The notes under the pieces: model-generated
What the model was told of the DNA's origin: nothing
Database searches by the model: none
The model's input: the letters and a program-made list of their open reading frames with translations, nothing else
From: Acidobacteriota bacterium
GTDB lineage: Bacteria > Acidobacteriota > Aminicenantia > Aminicenantales > Saccharicenantaceae
Length of the DNA stretch: 64,000 bases
Direction: 5' to 3'
NCBI GenBank assembly: GCA_033549365.1
Contig: JAWSUF010000007.1
Span: 19,154-83,153, forward strand
Shown: positions 9,036 through 17,266 of the stretch, piece after piece
Position numbering within the stretch: position 1 is the stretch's first letter
Layout: each line of letters starts with the position of its first letter
Translations under genes and position numbers: made by a program

Positions 9036-11755
9036 GAGGCGCGGCCCTTTCGGGGTTTGCCGGGCGGAGAGTCGGGCGGAGGGCCGGAGTCGGCATAGGC
9101 GTCGGGGCGCGTGACGTCGCCGCGGAGATCGATGCCGGCGCGCCGGCGCTTGCGGAGTTCGGACTCGGCGCGCTTGACCAGGGCGTCGTCGCCGGCCATC
9201 CGGGCGGCCGTTTGCAGCCAGCCCAGCGCCCATTCGTCGAGGACGGGAGGCGGCAGGAAGGCGCGGACGGATGCGGCCGCCAATCGGACCGCCTCGTCCT
9301 GCCGAGCGAGAGAATGGAGGCATACGGCCTTGAAAGCGAGATAGGGCCCGGGATCTTCTTCCTTGAGAAGCGCCCGGTCGATCGTCCTCAGCGCCTCGTC
9401 GTGCAGGCCGCGCTGCCTGAAGTTCATAGCCAGGTTGAAGAGCGGACCACCCCAATAGGGGCTCACCTTGTCGGCTTCGAGAAAGGCCGTTTCGGCCCGT
9501 CGATAGTCGCCGAGTTCGGTGAAGTAAATCCCCTGGAGGTTGAGGATCTCCAAATCAGGCCGGCTGATCCGGCTCTGGGCGGCGCGGAGGTAATCCAGGG
9601 CCTTTTCGTGCTGGTTGAGTTCGGCGTGGAGGCGGGCGAGTTCGATGTAAGTTTCGCGGTCGCGGGCCGTTCCGCCCTTGCGGCGACGGAGGTCCTCTTC
9701 GATCTCCTCGATCTTGACCTGCGTTTCGCCGGGATTGGCGATGTTGACCAGGGGGTTTTCGACGGTTTTTTCGAGGACGGCGGAGGGCGCGCCGGGGGAC
9801 GCGGAGGAGGAGAAGCGGTCGGATGGATCGGAGGAACCGGATCGCGCGGACGGGGCGGAGGCGGCTACGGCGGATGAGGCGGAGGGCGGGTCGATCAGGG
9901 AGGCGCGGCATTCGAACTGCTTTCCGCGCGTCAGGCGGTATTCGAGCTGGAGGGCGTCGCCGGGAGAGACGCCGTCGGGAAGGCGCCAGATCTCGTCGAA
10001 GATGGGCTGGCTGTCGCATTCGCCGACGATCTCGAAGCGGAGCTCGCGGACGGGGCGCGGGGCGTTGAGGGGGACGGCGAGGCGCTCTTTGAGGAACGAG
10101 CCGTCGGCGGGGAAAGGCAGCTCGACGCCCGAGGGGACGAGCGGGTTGAGGCGGCCGTCCGAGGTCACGAGGGCGATCCCGTCGTGGAGGACGGGCCGGA
10201 TGAAGGGGCGGCCGAGGAGGGCCAGGTGGAGGGCGTTCCAGGCAGCGCCGCGGGCGACGCAGAGCTTGGAGTCGAGGCTGTCGTCGTGGAAGACGTGGCG
10301 GGCGGCGGGGAAGAAGGCGAGGAGGGCGGCGCGGACCTGGGGGATGAGGCTGCTTCCGCCGACGGTCAGGCAGAGGTCGACGTCGGAGGGGTCGCGGTCG
10401 GCCCGGTCCATGGCGTCGCGCAGGGGGGCGAAGATCGACTGGGACAGGCGGAATTCCGTGGTGCGGGCAAAGAGAAACTCCGTGTCGAGGAAGGGCGCGA
10501 GGAGCGTTTCGAACGCGGCGGCGGTGAGGGCCGGGCGCGCGAGGGTGTAGGTCGATTTTCCGAGGACGCAGGAGGCGGACGGCTGGCGGACGACGATGGA
10601 GGCGGGGTCGTTGGAGGGGGACGGGGCGCCGGCGCCGGAGCGCGAGTAGCGGCCGAACTTTATTAGGCGGCTGATCTCGGTGGATATGGCGATCTTGAGG
10701 GCTTCGGCCTTTCCGAGAAGCTGGGGCTCGAGGCCTTTTTTCTTTTGGGCGAAGGTCAAGGCCAGGGGGTCGAGGCCGTTTTCCCGGAGAAGCTCCGGGA
10801 TGAGGATGTCGTGGACGATGGCCGCGTCGATGTCGCCTCCGCCGAGCCGGTGATAGCGGGAGACGGAGAGGTGCGAGATCGTGAGGCCGCGGGGGATGTG
10901 GCGGAGGAGAGCCGCGGCTGAAGTATCGGATGGGTCGTCGGATGACGCGTCGGATGGGGCGCGGGAGATCTCGACGACCGAAACGTCGCAGGTTCCGCCC
11001 CCGAAATCGAAGACGACGCAGAGCGCGGGGCGATTAGACGGAAGCTCGAACCCGGGCGAGTCGGGATCGCCTGACTCGCCGCCCGAATAGCCCACCTGGC
11101 TGTTTGTATTGCTTCCGGAGGCCCGGGACGAACCGCCGCCTGATGCGGCGCGGGGCCCCGGGCGCAGTCCACCGGACATGAAAAAGTCGATGAGCGCGGC
11201 CGTGGGCTCGTCGAGAAGGTCGTCGTCGGAGATGCGCAGGCCGGCAAAGCCCGCGGCGAGGAGGGTGTCGCGGCGCTGGTTGAGCATGAAGGAGGCCGGG
11301 ACGGTGACGGCGATGCGGCCGGGAGCTTCGGAATCGAACGGCAATGCGCCGGCGGCGGGGATCGCGGACGCGGCGCCGGCGATGAACCCCAGCACTTTGC
11401 CGGCGATTTTCGAGGCGTGGTTCAGCGGCTCGGAGGCGCGGAAGTAGGTCTTACGGAGGCCCATTTCGTTTTTCGTGTCGTAGAAGAGGGTTTTTTCGAA
11501 CAGCAGGCCGTAGTCGGCCGGGAAGGCGCGGAGGCGCTTGGCCCCCTCCCCCACCCAGAGCGCGCCGTCGGGCAGCACGGCGACGACCGAGGGCACGAGC
11601 GGGCTCGAAAAGACGCCCTCGCGGGTGGGCTGCTCGATCTCGAGGACGCGGACCTCGGGCGGCGCGCCGGAGGCCGGCTCCCAGACGATCTCAGCTGCGG
11701 CCGAGTTGGTCGTCCCCAAGTCGATGCCGAGAACTCGGATTTCGCCGGATTTCAT
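9032..11755 (-). CDS. Hsp70/actin-fold ATPase with low-complexity inserts, an SBD-like beta region and C-terminal TPR repeats (about 907 aa)
   Basis: Motifs seen: VLGIDLGTTNS (phosphate-1), VTVPASF...QRRDTLLAAGFAGL...LDEPTAALI, VVFDFGGGTCDVSVVEI, and LTVGGSSLIPQVR. The C-terminus has TPR-like repeats (HEKALDYLRAAQ..., GDYRRAETAFLEADK..., GLHDEALRTIDRAL). I chose the start MKSGEIRV at 11755 because it is preceded by GGAGGG. Confidence 0.8.
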   Translation of the reverse strand: MKSGEIRVLGIDLGTTNSAAAEIVWEPASGAPPEVRVLEIEQPTREGVFSSPLVPSVVAVLPDGALWVGEGAKRLRAFPADYGLLFEKTLFYDTKNEMGLRKTYFRASEPLNHASKIAGKVLGFIAGAASAIPAAGALPFDSEAPGRIAVTVPASFMLNQRRDTLLAAGFAGLRISDDDLLDEPTAALIDFFMSGGLRPGPRAASGGGSSRASGSNTNSQVGYSGGESGDPDSPGFELPSNRPALCVVFDFGGGTCDVSVVEISRAPSDASSDDPSDTSAAALLRHIPRGLTISHLSVSRYHRLGGGDIDAAIVHDILIPELLRENGLDPLALTFAQKKKGLEPQLLGKAEALKIAISTEISRLIKFGRYSRSGAGAPSPSNDPASIVVRQPSASCVLGKSTYTLARPALTAAAFETLLAPFLDTEFLFARTTEFRLSQSIFAPLRDAMDRADRDPSDVDLCLTVGGSSLIPQVRAALLAFFPAARHVFHDDSLDSKLCVARGAAWNALHLALLGRPFIRPVLHDGIALVTSDGRLNPLVPSGVELPFPADGSFLKERLAVPLNAPRPVRELRFEIVGECDSQPIFDEIWRLPDGVSPGDALQLEYRLTRGKQFECRASLIDPPSASSAVAASAPSARSGSSDPSDRFSSSASPGAPSAVLEKTVENPLVNIANPGETQVKIEEIEEDLRRRKGGTARDRETYIELARLHAELNQHEKALDYLRAAQSRISRPDLEILNLQGIYFTELGDYRRAETAFLEADKVSPYWGGPLFNLAMNFRQRGLHDEALRTIDRALLKEEDPGPYLAFKAVCLHSLARQDEAVRLAAASVRAFLPPPVLDEWALGWLQTAARMAGDDALVKRAESELRKRRRAGIDLRGDVTRPDAYADSGPPPDSPPGKPRKGRAS

Positions 11756-11792
11756 CGCCTTGCCCTCCATGTGCCCATATTTATGCCTTCAT

Positions 11793-13103
11793 TCATGCCT
11801 GCATTGAATTCGCATCCAACAGCCATTTCCAAACCGGCCGGACGAGGACACTCTCACCGTTGAGGGTTCGCGTTTCCTCCTGGTTGTATGTCAGGATGCC
11901 GCCTTTTGTGATGCCGAGCTCGCGCCGCGCTTCGGCGAAGCCGTTCAGTTCGCGCTTTTTGTTGGCCGCGTTGAGCTCCCAGCAGACCTGCCAGGCTTCC
12001 TCGGGACGGTTTCCCCTGCGGACGATGAAATCGCACTCGCCCCGGCCCTTGAAATACATGGGCTTTTCGCGGCGGCGGAAAAGCTCCACTGCGACGGCGT
12101 TTTCCAGCAGGCGGCCCCGGTTTTCGGAAAACGAGCCGCTCAGGAGCGAAAGGCCGGTGTCCACGAGATGGATTTTTTTCGGATTCATCGTGCGTTTCCG
12201 GGGCGAATAATCGAACTTCTCGCAGACCGTCACGAAAAAGGCTTCTTCCAGAAAGCGGAGGTAATTGGCGATGCTTCGCTTGCTCCCGGGAAGGCCGTGG
12301 GCTTTCAGTTGTTTCTCGAACGCGGAGATGGAGAAGACGGACGCATAGCCTTCGAGGAGGTTTCTCATGAGAAGATCGAGCAGATCGCGGGCGCGGATGC
12401 CGTGGCGGTCGAGGATGTCGCGGTAAAACGTCGTGTCGAAATACGTCTGCAGGAGCTTTCGCTTCGCGGGCTCGTCGGCGGCGGCGGCGACCTCGGGAAA
12501 TCCGCCGTATCGCAGGTATTCGTCGAAAGCCCGCAGGACGAGTCCGCTTTCGGGCGTCGAAAGGAGGGCCGGAGACCAGGAGATGCCGCGGAAAGCCAGG
12601 AATTCCCGGAAGGAAAAAGGCAGAATCAGGACGTCTTCGTACCGGCCGCGGAGTTCCGTGGCGATTTCCGAACCGAGAAGCGAGGCGTTGCTTCCGGTCA
12701 CGACGATGGCGTATTTCCGGGTGTTGTGGAGCGTGCGGACGACGCGGCTCCAGGCCGGGAGGCGCTGGATCTCATCGAAGAAAAGCCGGCTGGGCGAGCG
12801 GCCCGTCAGTTGATGGAACGCGGCGAGGAGGCGATCCATGTCCTCGGGGCGGAAGTCGCGGAGCCTGTAGTCCTCGAAATCGACAAAAAGAATGTCTTCG
12901 CGGACGGCCCGGCCGGATTTCAGGAGGCCGGCGGCGAGCTGGTAGAGATAGACGGTTTTTCCGGCGCGGCGCGGGCCGGCGACGGAAAGGACCGGCCGAG
13001 GGGGGTCGAGTGTGGGAACGGGAGCTTCCCGGGGTGTCGACGCGGGGAAGTCCGCGCTCCGGAGCCAGTCGGCGATGACTTTTTGCAGGGCGGTGTTATC
13101 CAT
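11793..13103 (-). CDS. AAA+ ATPase with a DUF4143 domain (COG1373 family)
   Basis: P-loop GPRRAGKT and Walker B ILFVDFEDY/FFDEIQ are present. The length and C-terminal GECDFIV motif are typical of COG1373 ATPases. It ends 37 bp upstream of the Hsp70-like gene on the same strand. Confidence 0.8.
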   Translation of the reverse strand: MDNTALQKVIADWLRSADFPASTPREAPVPTLDPPRPVLSVAGPRRAGKTVYLYQLAAGLLKSGRAVREDILFVDFEDYRLRDFRPEDMDRLLAAFHQLTGRSPSRLFFDEIQRLPAWSRVVRTLHNTRKYAIVVTGSNASLLGSEIATELRGRYEDVLILPFSFREFLAFRGISWSPALLSTPESGLVLRAFDEYLRYGGFPEVAAAADEPAKRKLLQTYFDTTFYRDILDRHGIRARDLLDLLMRNLLEGYASVFSISAFEKQLKAHGLPGSKRSIANYLRFLEEAFFVTVCEKFDYSPRKRTMNPKKIHLVDTGLSLLSGSFSENRGRLLENAVAVELFRRREKPMYFKGRGECDFIVRRGNRPEEAWQVCWELNAANKKRELNGFAEARRELGITKGGILTYNQEETRTLNGESVLVRPVWKWLLDANSMQA

Positions 13104-13169
13104 AATTGTTTACCTCGATAAACAATTTATGCCAATATTGTTTACCATGTCAACCCTAAAGAAACAATT
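13104..13169. promoter_or_regulatory. Cluster of four copies of an ATTGTTTAC/AAACAAT motif forming two inverted repeats (putative operator)
   Basis: The first repeat is AATTGTTTA (13104-13112), a 6-nt spacer, then TAAACAATT (13119-13127), a perfect 9-bp palindrome arm pair directly abutting the ATG at 13103. The second is ATTGTTT (13137-13143) paired with AAACAAT (13162-13168). ATTGTTTACC also occurs as a direct repeat at 13105 and 13137. Confidence 0.4.
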
Positions 13170-13261
13170 CCATGTGATATCCACGTGAACATTGCGAGTT
13201 TCAAGCGGATTTCACTTGGGGTCATCGTTATTACCCTTATTATTACCCTCATTAGAGGGCA

Positions 13262-14302
13262 TTACCTCTTTTCCCATCTGGCGCCCGGCCCGCGTCCGGA
13301 AACAGATACCTCGCCGTTTGCTTTGAGTTTCTTGAGCACATGTCTGACCATGTCGCGGCTGACTCCCGGACAGGCCCGCTCCAAGTCGGACAGCGAGAAA
13401 GAACCCGGGAATGAGCGAACCGCCGAAAGCACCAGATCGGTTTTTGCGCCGCGGGGACCCGCCATATTGCCGACGCGTTCCTCGAACTCCTTATAGGCGG
13501 CTTTAATTGTGTAAAGAGCGAAGTTGATATATGGCCAGGGATCATGCCGGGACTCGTGCCAACCCCTTGAACTTTCTTCCAGAGCCTCATAATATCTTTC
13601 CTTGTTTTCTTCGATGTGTCTTTCGAGGCTGATATAGCGACCGACCTCAAGTCCCAGGTGGTAGCATTGGAGCAGCATCAAAAGCCTCGACACCCTTCCG
13701 TTGCCGTCACGAAAAGGATGAATGCATAGGAAATCGAGGTTCCAGGCGGCCATGAGAATCGGCAAAGGAATCCGGCGGTCTTCAACTCCGGGATTCCAAT
13801 ACGAGACAAGCCCGGTCATGGCCCGGGGCGTGTTTTCGGCGGAAAGCGGCCTGAAACGGATCCGAATACGGCCGTCGGCAAGTTTTTCGATGATGTCGCC
13901 GTCTTTCAGCTTATAGCGACCGGCATCGCCTGTCTCCGCCCTCGTCAAGGCATGCAGTCTTCGGATCGTGTCTTCGCTCACCTCAAGATTTTTTCCCTTT
14001 TCGTGGATCAGTCTGAGAGCGTCGCGGTAACCCCTGATTTCTTCCTCGTTCCGGTCGTGGAGCAGAGACTTGCCGAAAACAACCGTGGCGACACGGGCCT
14101 TTTCGACGATGACGCCTTCCATGCGGTTCGAGGAGACGGCGCTCTCGATCAGGGCGTGCTCGCGCAGGACCCTGAGTCTCTGGGGAGACTGTCCGGTGAA
14201 AAACGCCTGCTTTCCCCGGGATTCCGCGATATCGGACAGATACCAAGCCGTAGGCGGAGGAATAAGCGGCGGAGATTCCAAAAACATTCTTAGGGTATGC
14301 AT
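13262..14302 (-). CDS. Fic family protein (AMPylase-type) with an N-terminal inhibitory motif and a C-terminal wHTH
   Basis: The Fic core motif HPFRDGNGRVSRLL is present. An inhibitory-helix motif [ST]xxxE[GN] is present as SNRMEG near the N-terminus. The C-terminus is wHTH-like. Confidence 0.9.
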   Translation of the reverse strand: MHTLRMFLESPPLIPPPTAWYLSDIAESRGKQAFFTGQSPQRLRVLREHALIESAVSSNRMEGVIVEKARVATVVFGKSLLHDRNEEEIRGYRDALRLIHEKGKNLEVSEDTIRRLHALTRAETGDAGRYKLKDGDIIEKLADGRIRIRFRPLSAENTPRAMTGLVSYWNPGVEDRRIPLPILMAAWNLDFLCIHPFRDGNGRVSRLLMLLQCYHLGLEVGRYISLERHIEENKERYYEALEESSRGWHESRHDPWPYINFALYTIKAAYKEFEERVGNMAGPRGAKTDLVLSAVRSFPGSFSLSDLERACPGVSRDMVRHVLKKLKANGEVSVSGRGPGARWEKR

Positions 14303-14303
14303 G

Positions 14304-15581
14304 TTATTTTCCTGCTTCCGCCTCCGATTTCAACAGCCGGTACCTGTCCGAGACGATGGCGCCCGCGCCCTCCCGGCCGCCTCGGCCGCTCTCATCCGCC
14401 TTAACAATGCTTCCCGGCGCGCCCTCCCACTCTTCGTCGGTGTCGCCGAAGACGGCGCGCTCCCGGGGTGCTGGGTCGCGGGCGAGATAATCCTTGAATT
14501 CGGCGGCGGTCAGGAGATCGAGGTCACGGAGGGTGCGGAGCATGGCTTGGGCGCTCACGCCGAAGTAGCGCTTGGCGAGAAGGACGTCGTCGAAGGACAG
14601 GCGGCGACCTCCCCCGCTCCCGATCTCCGATTCGACGAAATCGAGGACGCGCAGGGGCGGCATCAGGAAGTGGGCGGCGAACTCCTGGGCGAACTGCTCG
14701 CGTTCGGGGTGAGGGGTGGGCGACCGAGATGCTGCGGGCTCGCCGGCGTCCGCGGGGGCGGCGGCGGATGTTGAGGCGGTGGCGGATTCGGGCGTCACAG
14801 GCGTCGCAGAAGACTCGGGCACGGAATCGGGCAAGGCGGATGCGGCCGAGGATGCAGGCGCCGCGGTTGCGTTATGCGCGCCCGGCTGCGACCCGAGGCC
14901 GCATGCGGCGAAGATCTCGAAGCCGTCGATGACCGGGGCGCTGTGGCGGTCGCGGAGATAATGGCAGTATTCGTGAGCGGCGGTGAAGGCCTGGCGGCAT
15001 ACGGTCTGGGTGGAGTTGATGAGGGCGAAGGAGGCGTCGCGGTCGTCGAGGTGGATGAAGACGCCGGAGACGCAGGCTTCGGCGGGAAGCGGCATGCGGA
15101 GGATGCGGAGACCGCTCCGTTCGAGGAGGGCGAAGATGTCGCGGACGGGCTCGTCGCCGAGGCCCAGGCGGCGGCGCTCTTCGGCGGCCAGGCGGGCGGG
15201 AGTCAGGCGGGCGCCGTTCAATCCGGAGAGCGAGGCGTAGAGCGGGGCGGACGCGAGGCGGCGGCCGGTGAGCTCTTCGAGGCGGAGATAGTCTTCGGCA
15301 TAGCGCTGGAAGGCGGCGAGTTCGTCGCGGATGAGGGAGGCGGGGCCGGCGGCGCGGAAGAGGACGGCGAAGGTCGTCTCGCGGGAGGGCAGGAAATCGC
15401 CCATGTCGCGCTTGAGGAAGGCGGCGATCCGGGAGAGGGTCGTGAGGGAGGGGGCGCGTTTACCGGATTCGAGAAGGGAGATGAACTCAGCGGACAGGCC
15501 CAGGGAGCGGGCAAAGGCCTCCTGGGTGAGGCCCGTCTCTTCGCGGGCCGCCTTGAAGCGCGAGGCGTCGAAATTCCCCAT
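14304..15581 (-). CDS. XRE-family HTH fused to an ImmA/IrrE (COG2856) zinc metallopeptidase domain
   Basis: The N-terminus, GLTQEAFARSLGLSAEFISLLESGKRAPSLTTLSRIAAFL, is an XRE HTH. An HExxH motif, AAHEYCHYL, is present. An Ala/Ser/Pro-rich insert follows. The stop lies 1 nt from the Fic start. Confidence 0.85.
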   Translation of the reverse strand: MGNFDASRFKAAREETGLTQEAFARSLGLSAEFISLLESGKRAPSLTTLSRIAAFLKRDMGDFLPSRETTFAVLFRAAGPASLIRDELAAFQRYAEDYLRLEELTGRRLASAPLYASLSGLNGARLTPARLAAEERRRLGLGDEPVRDIFALLERSGLRILRMPLPAEACVSGVFIHLDDRDASFALINSTQTVCRQAFTAAHEYCHYLRDRHSAPVIDGFEIFAACGLGSQPGAHNATAAPASSAASALPDSVPESSATPVTPESATASTSAAAPADAGEPAASRSPTPHPEREQFAQEFAAHFLMPPLRVLDFVESEIGSGGGRRLSFDDVLLAKRYFGVSAQAMLRTLRDLDLLTAAEFKDYLARDPAPRERAVFGDTDEEWEGAPGSIVKADESGRGGREGAGAIVSDRYRLLKSEAEAGK

Positions 15582-15678
15582 AAGGCATATCCCCGAATCG
15601 GTGAGCCGACTTTAACACCGGGTTAGGAGAAAGTCAATACGGGCGCGCGGATTTTTCCTAGGGTTATTCGGAAGCACC

Positions 15679-16335
15679 TTATGGATTCGTTTTAAACCCC
15701 AGCATGTCCAGGGCAATCGATCGCATATCCTTCTGGAACTGCTGCGCATCCGGCCTGACGATCCAGTGGATCCGGTCGAGAAGGGCCGGGTCGAAACGCT
15801 CCAGCTTTTCGGCGATTTCAGGGGGAAAAATACCCGCTGCCTTGGACTCTGCGGCGCTGAAGATCTCCCGCCAATCCGGACGGATCTTCAGTGCGATTTC
15901 ACGGATATCGGCGACGTCCTTCGGTTCGTCGCGGTCTCTGAGCGCGGGGATCTTGTTGGCCAGAATGTTCAGGGGGTTGTCGATGGCGGAAAACGGCGCG
16001 CCCGGGATTTTTTGCCGTTCCCCCAGGTAAAACGGGACGTCATTCACGAATTCGACCTTAAGAGCCTGTTCGACATCGATCCGGCGGAATCGGTCCTCGT
16101 TGACCATGACGGCAAAAGCGACGGCGTTTTTTCGCAGGGCTGAAAATACGGCCGTCATTTCGCGATCGAAATCGTCGGCGTCGTTGACGAAAAAATCAAG
16201 GTCTTCGGAATAACGATGTTGGTAATAGAACCTGGAAAGGGCCGTCCCGCCCGTCAGATAAAACCCGGTGCCGGCGGTTTCGACGGCGGCCAAGACCTTA
16301 TCTTGAAGCGGATAGAGAGACTTTTCCCAGCACAT
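15679..16335 (-). CDS. Nucleotidyltransferase of the AbiEii/AbiGii toxin family (DUF1814-like)
   Basis: FYLTGGTALSRFYYQHRYSEDLDFFVND matches the GGTAL...HR.S.DxDF pattern of AbiEii-type nucleotidyltransferases. Confidence 0.75.
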   Translation of the reverse strand: MCWEKSLYPLQDKVLAAVETAGTGFYLTGGTALSRFYYQHRYSEDLDFFVNDADDFDREMTAVFSALRKNAVAFAVMVNEDRFRRIDVEQALKVEFVNDVPFYLGERQKIPGAPFSAIDNPLNILANKIPALRDRDEPKDVADIREIALKIRPDWREIFSAAESKAAGIFPPEIAEKLERFDPALLDRIHWIVRPDAQQFQKDMRSIALDMLGFKTNP

Positions 16336-16588
16336 AGTCGATCCCCTTGACCCGCGACCGGCTTCTGATCGAGGGCTTCAAGGCGTCCCAGTCCCGGGCG
16401 ATGCGGTCCAGGCCGACGATTTCGATCAGGTCGTAGTAGTTCATTCCCTCGACGGCCCGGCGGAGCGCCCAGAGGCGGTCAAATCCGGGCGCGCAGTCCT
16501 CTCCATCGAGAATCTTCAGATATTCTTCCGGAGTGATCCGATAGTCCCAAAGGATGCGGCGGATCGCCTCTTTTGCTTTTTCGGTCAT
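16298..16588 (-). CDS. Small partner protein upstream of the AbiEii-like nucleotidyltransferase (putative antitoxin-like)
   Basis: This 96-aa ORF overlaps the nucleotidyltransferase start by 38 bp. The ILWDY...EYLKIL...YYDLIEIVG pattern resembles the small proteins that commonly precede such nucleotidyltransferases. The family is not verified. Confidence 0.55.
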   Translation of the reverse strand: MTEKAKEAIRRILWDYRITPEEYLKILDGEDCAPGFDRLWALRRAVEGMNYYDLIEIVGLDRIARDWDALKPSIRSRSRVKGIDYVLGKVSLSASR

Positions 16589-16683
16589 CGCGCCCTTCCG
16601 ACCGCATTATATCAGCATGCGCGGCTGGAAGAAAGCGGACCTTTCCAATTGACATTTATTTCCCTGAAACCTATAGTTAAGAC

Positions 16684-17019
16684 ATGGTTAGCGATTATAT
16701 GGATAAAGCGGAAGTATTAGAAATCATCGACCGATTTCGGGCTGTTCTCGAGGAAAACGGAATCGGCATCGAGCGCATTGTCCTGTATGGTTCTTATGCC
16801 GCCGGAAGAGAGCATGAAGGGAGCGACATCGATATCGTTGTCATATCCGATGATTTTTCCGGAATGGATTATTGGCAACGGATCGACATGATCTCGGAAG
16901 CCATATACAAAGTCTTCAAGCCGATTGAAGCGATGGCCATGACCTCACGAGAGTGGCGGGAGAGTCGCTCGATAGCCGTTGAGTTGGCCCGGCAGGGAGA
17001 AGTGGTTTTCGCCGCGTAA
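16684..17019 (+). CDS. Minimal nucleotidyltransferase (MNT / Pol-beta superfamily) domain protein
   Basis: LYGSYAAGREHEGSDIDIVVISDDF matches the GSxxxGxxxxxSDIDxxV nucleotidyltransferase motif. No HEPN partner ORF is adjacent. Confidence 0.85.
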   Translation: MVSDYMDKAEVLEIIDRFRAVLEENGIGIERIVLYGSYAAGREHEGSDIDIVVISDDFSGMDYWQRIDMISEAIYKVFKPIEAMAMTSREWRESRSIAVELARQGEVVFAA

Positions 17020-17048
17020 ACCATCGCAGAAGCTCCATTTTGCCGTAT

Positions 17049-17249
17049 TTATGGAAGGCTTTTCAACCCCAGCATATCCAGGGCGATCGATCGCATATCC
17101 TTTTGGAACTGCTGCGCATCCGGCCTGACGATCCAGTGGATCCGGATAGAGAGACTTTTCCCAGCACACTTAATATATTCTTCCGGAGTGATCCGATAGT
17201 CGGACCGGTCATCGCGCCCTTCCGGCCGTATTATATCAGCATGCACGGC
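17049..17249 (-). repeat. Collapsed mosaic copy (about 200 bp) of the AbiEii cassette at 15679-16625
   Basis: Four collinear segments match the full cassette. 17049-17145 matches 15679-15775 (the nucleotidyltransferase 3' end). 17143-17168 matches 16308-16334 (the nucleotidyltransferase start). 17174-17201 matches 16519-16547. 17207-17249 matches 16581-16625 (the partner-gene start plus leader). The track ORFs 16945..17169 and 17049..17246 carry the matching peptide fragments MCWEKSLYP, DYRITPEEY and IHWIVRPDAQQFQKDMRSIALDML. Confidence 0.85.
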
Positions 17250-17266
17250 GACATGAAAGAAGAGAA

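Noticed and set aside
7695-9098. A 467-aa plus-strand ORF, plus other nested ORFs, across the helicase locus.
   Set aside because: It is antisense to an ORF with clear SF1 helicase motifs. Its Gly/Asp/Glu/Arg/Ala-rich low-complexity composition is typical of open antisense frames in high-GC DNA.
9036-9455. The Arg/Pro-rich N-terminal extension of the helicase ORF (track ORF 7713..9455).
   Set aside because: It overlaps the 3' end of the Hsp70-like gene and is extremely Arg-rich with no structure. The internal start MITWLV makes a canonical ATGA overlap with the upstream stop.
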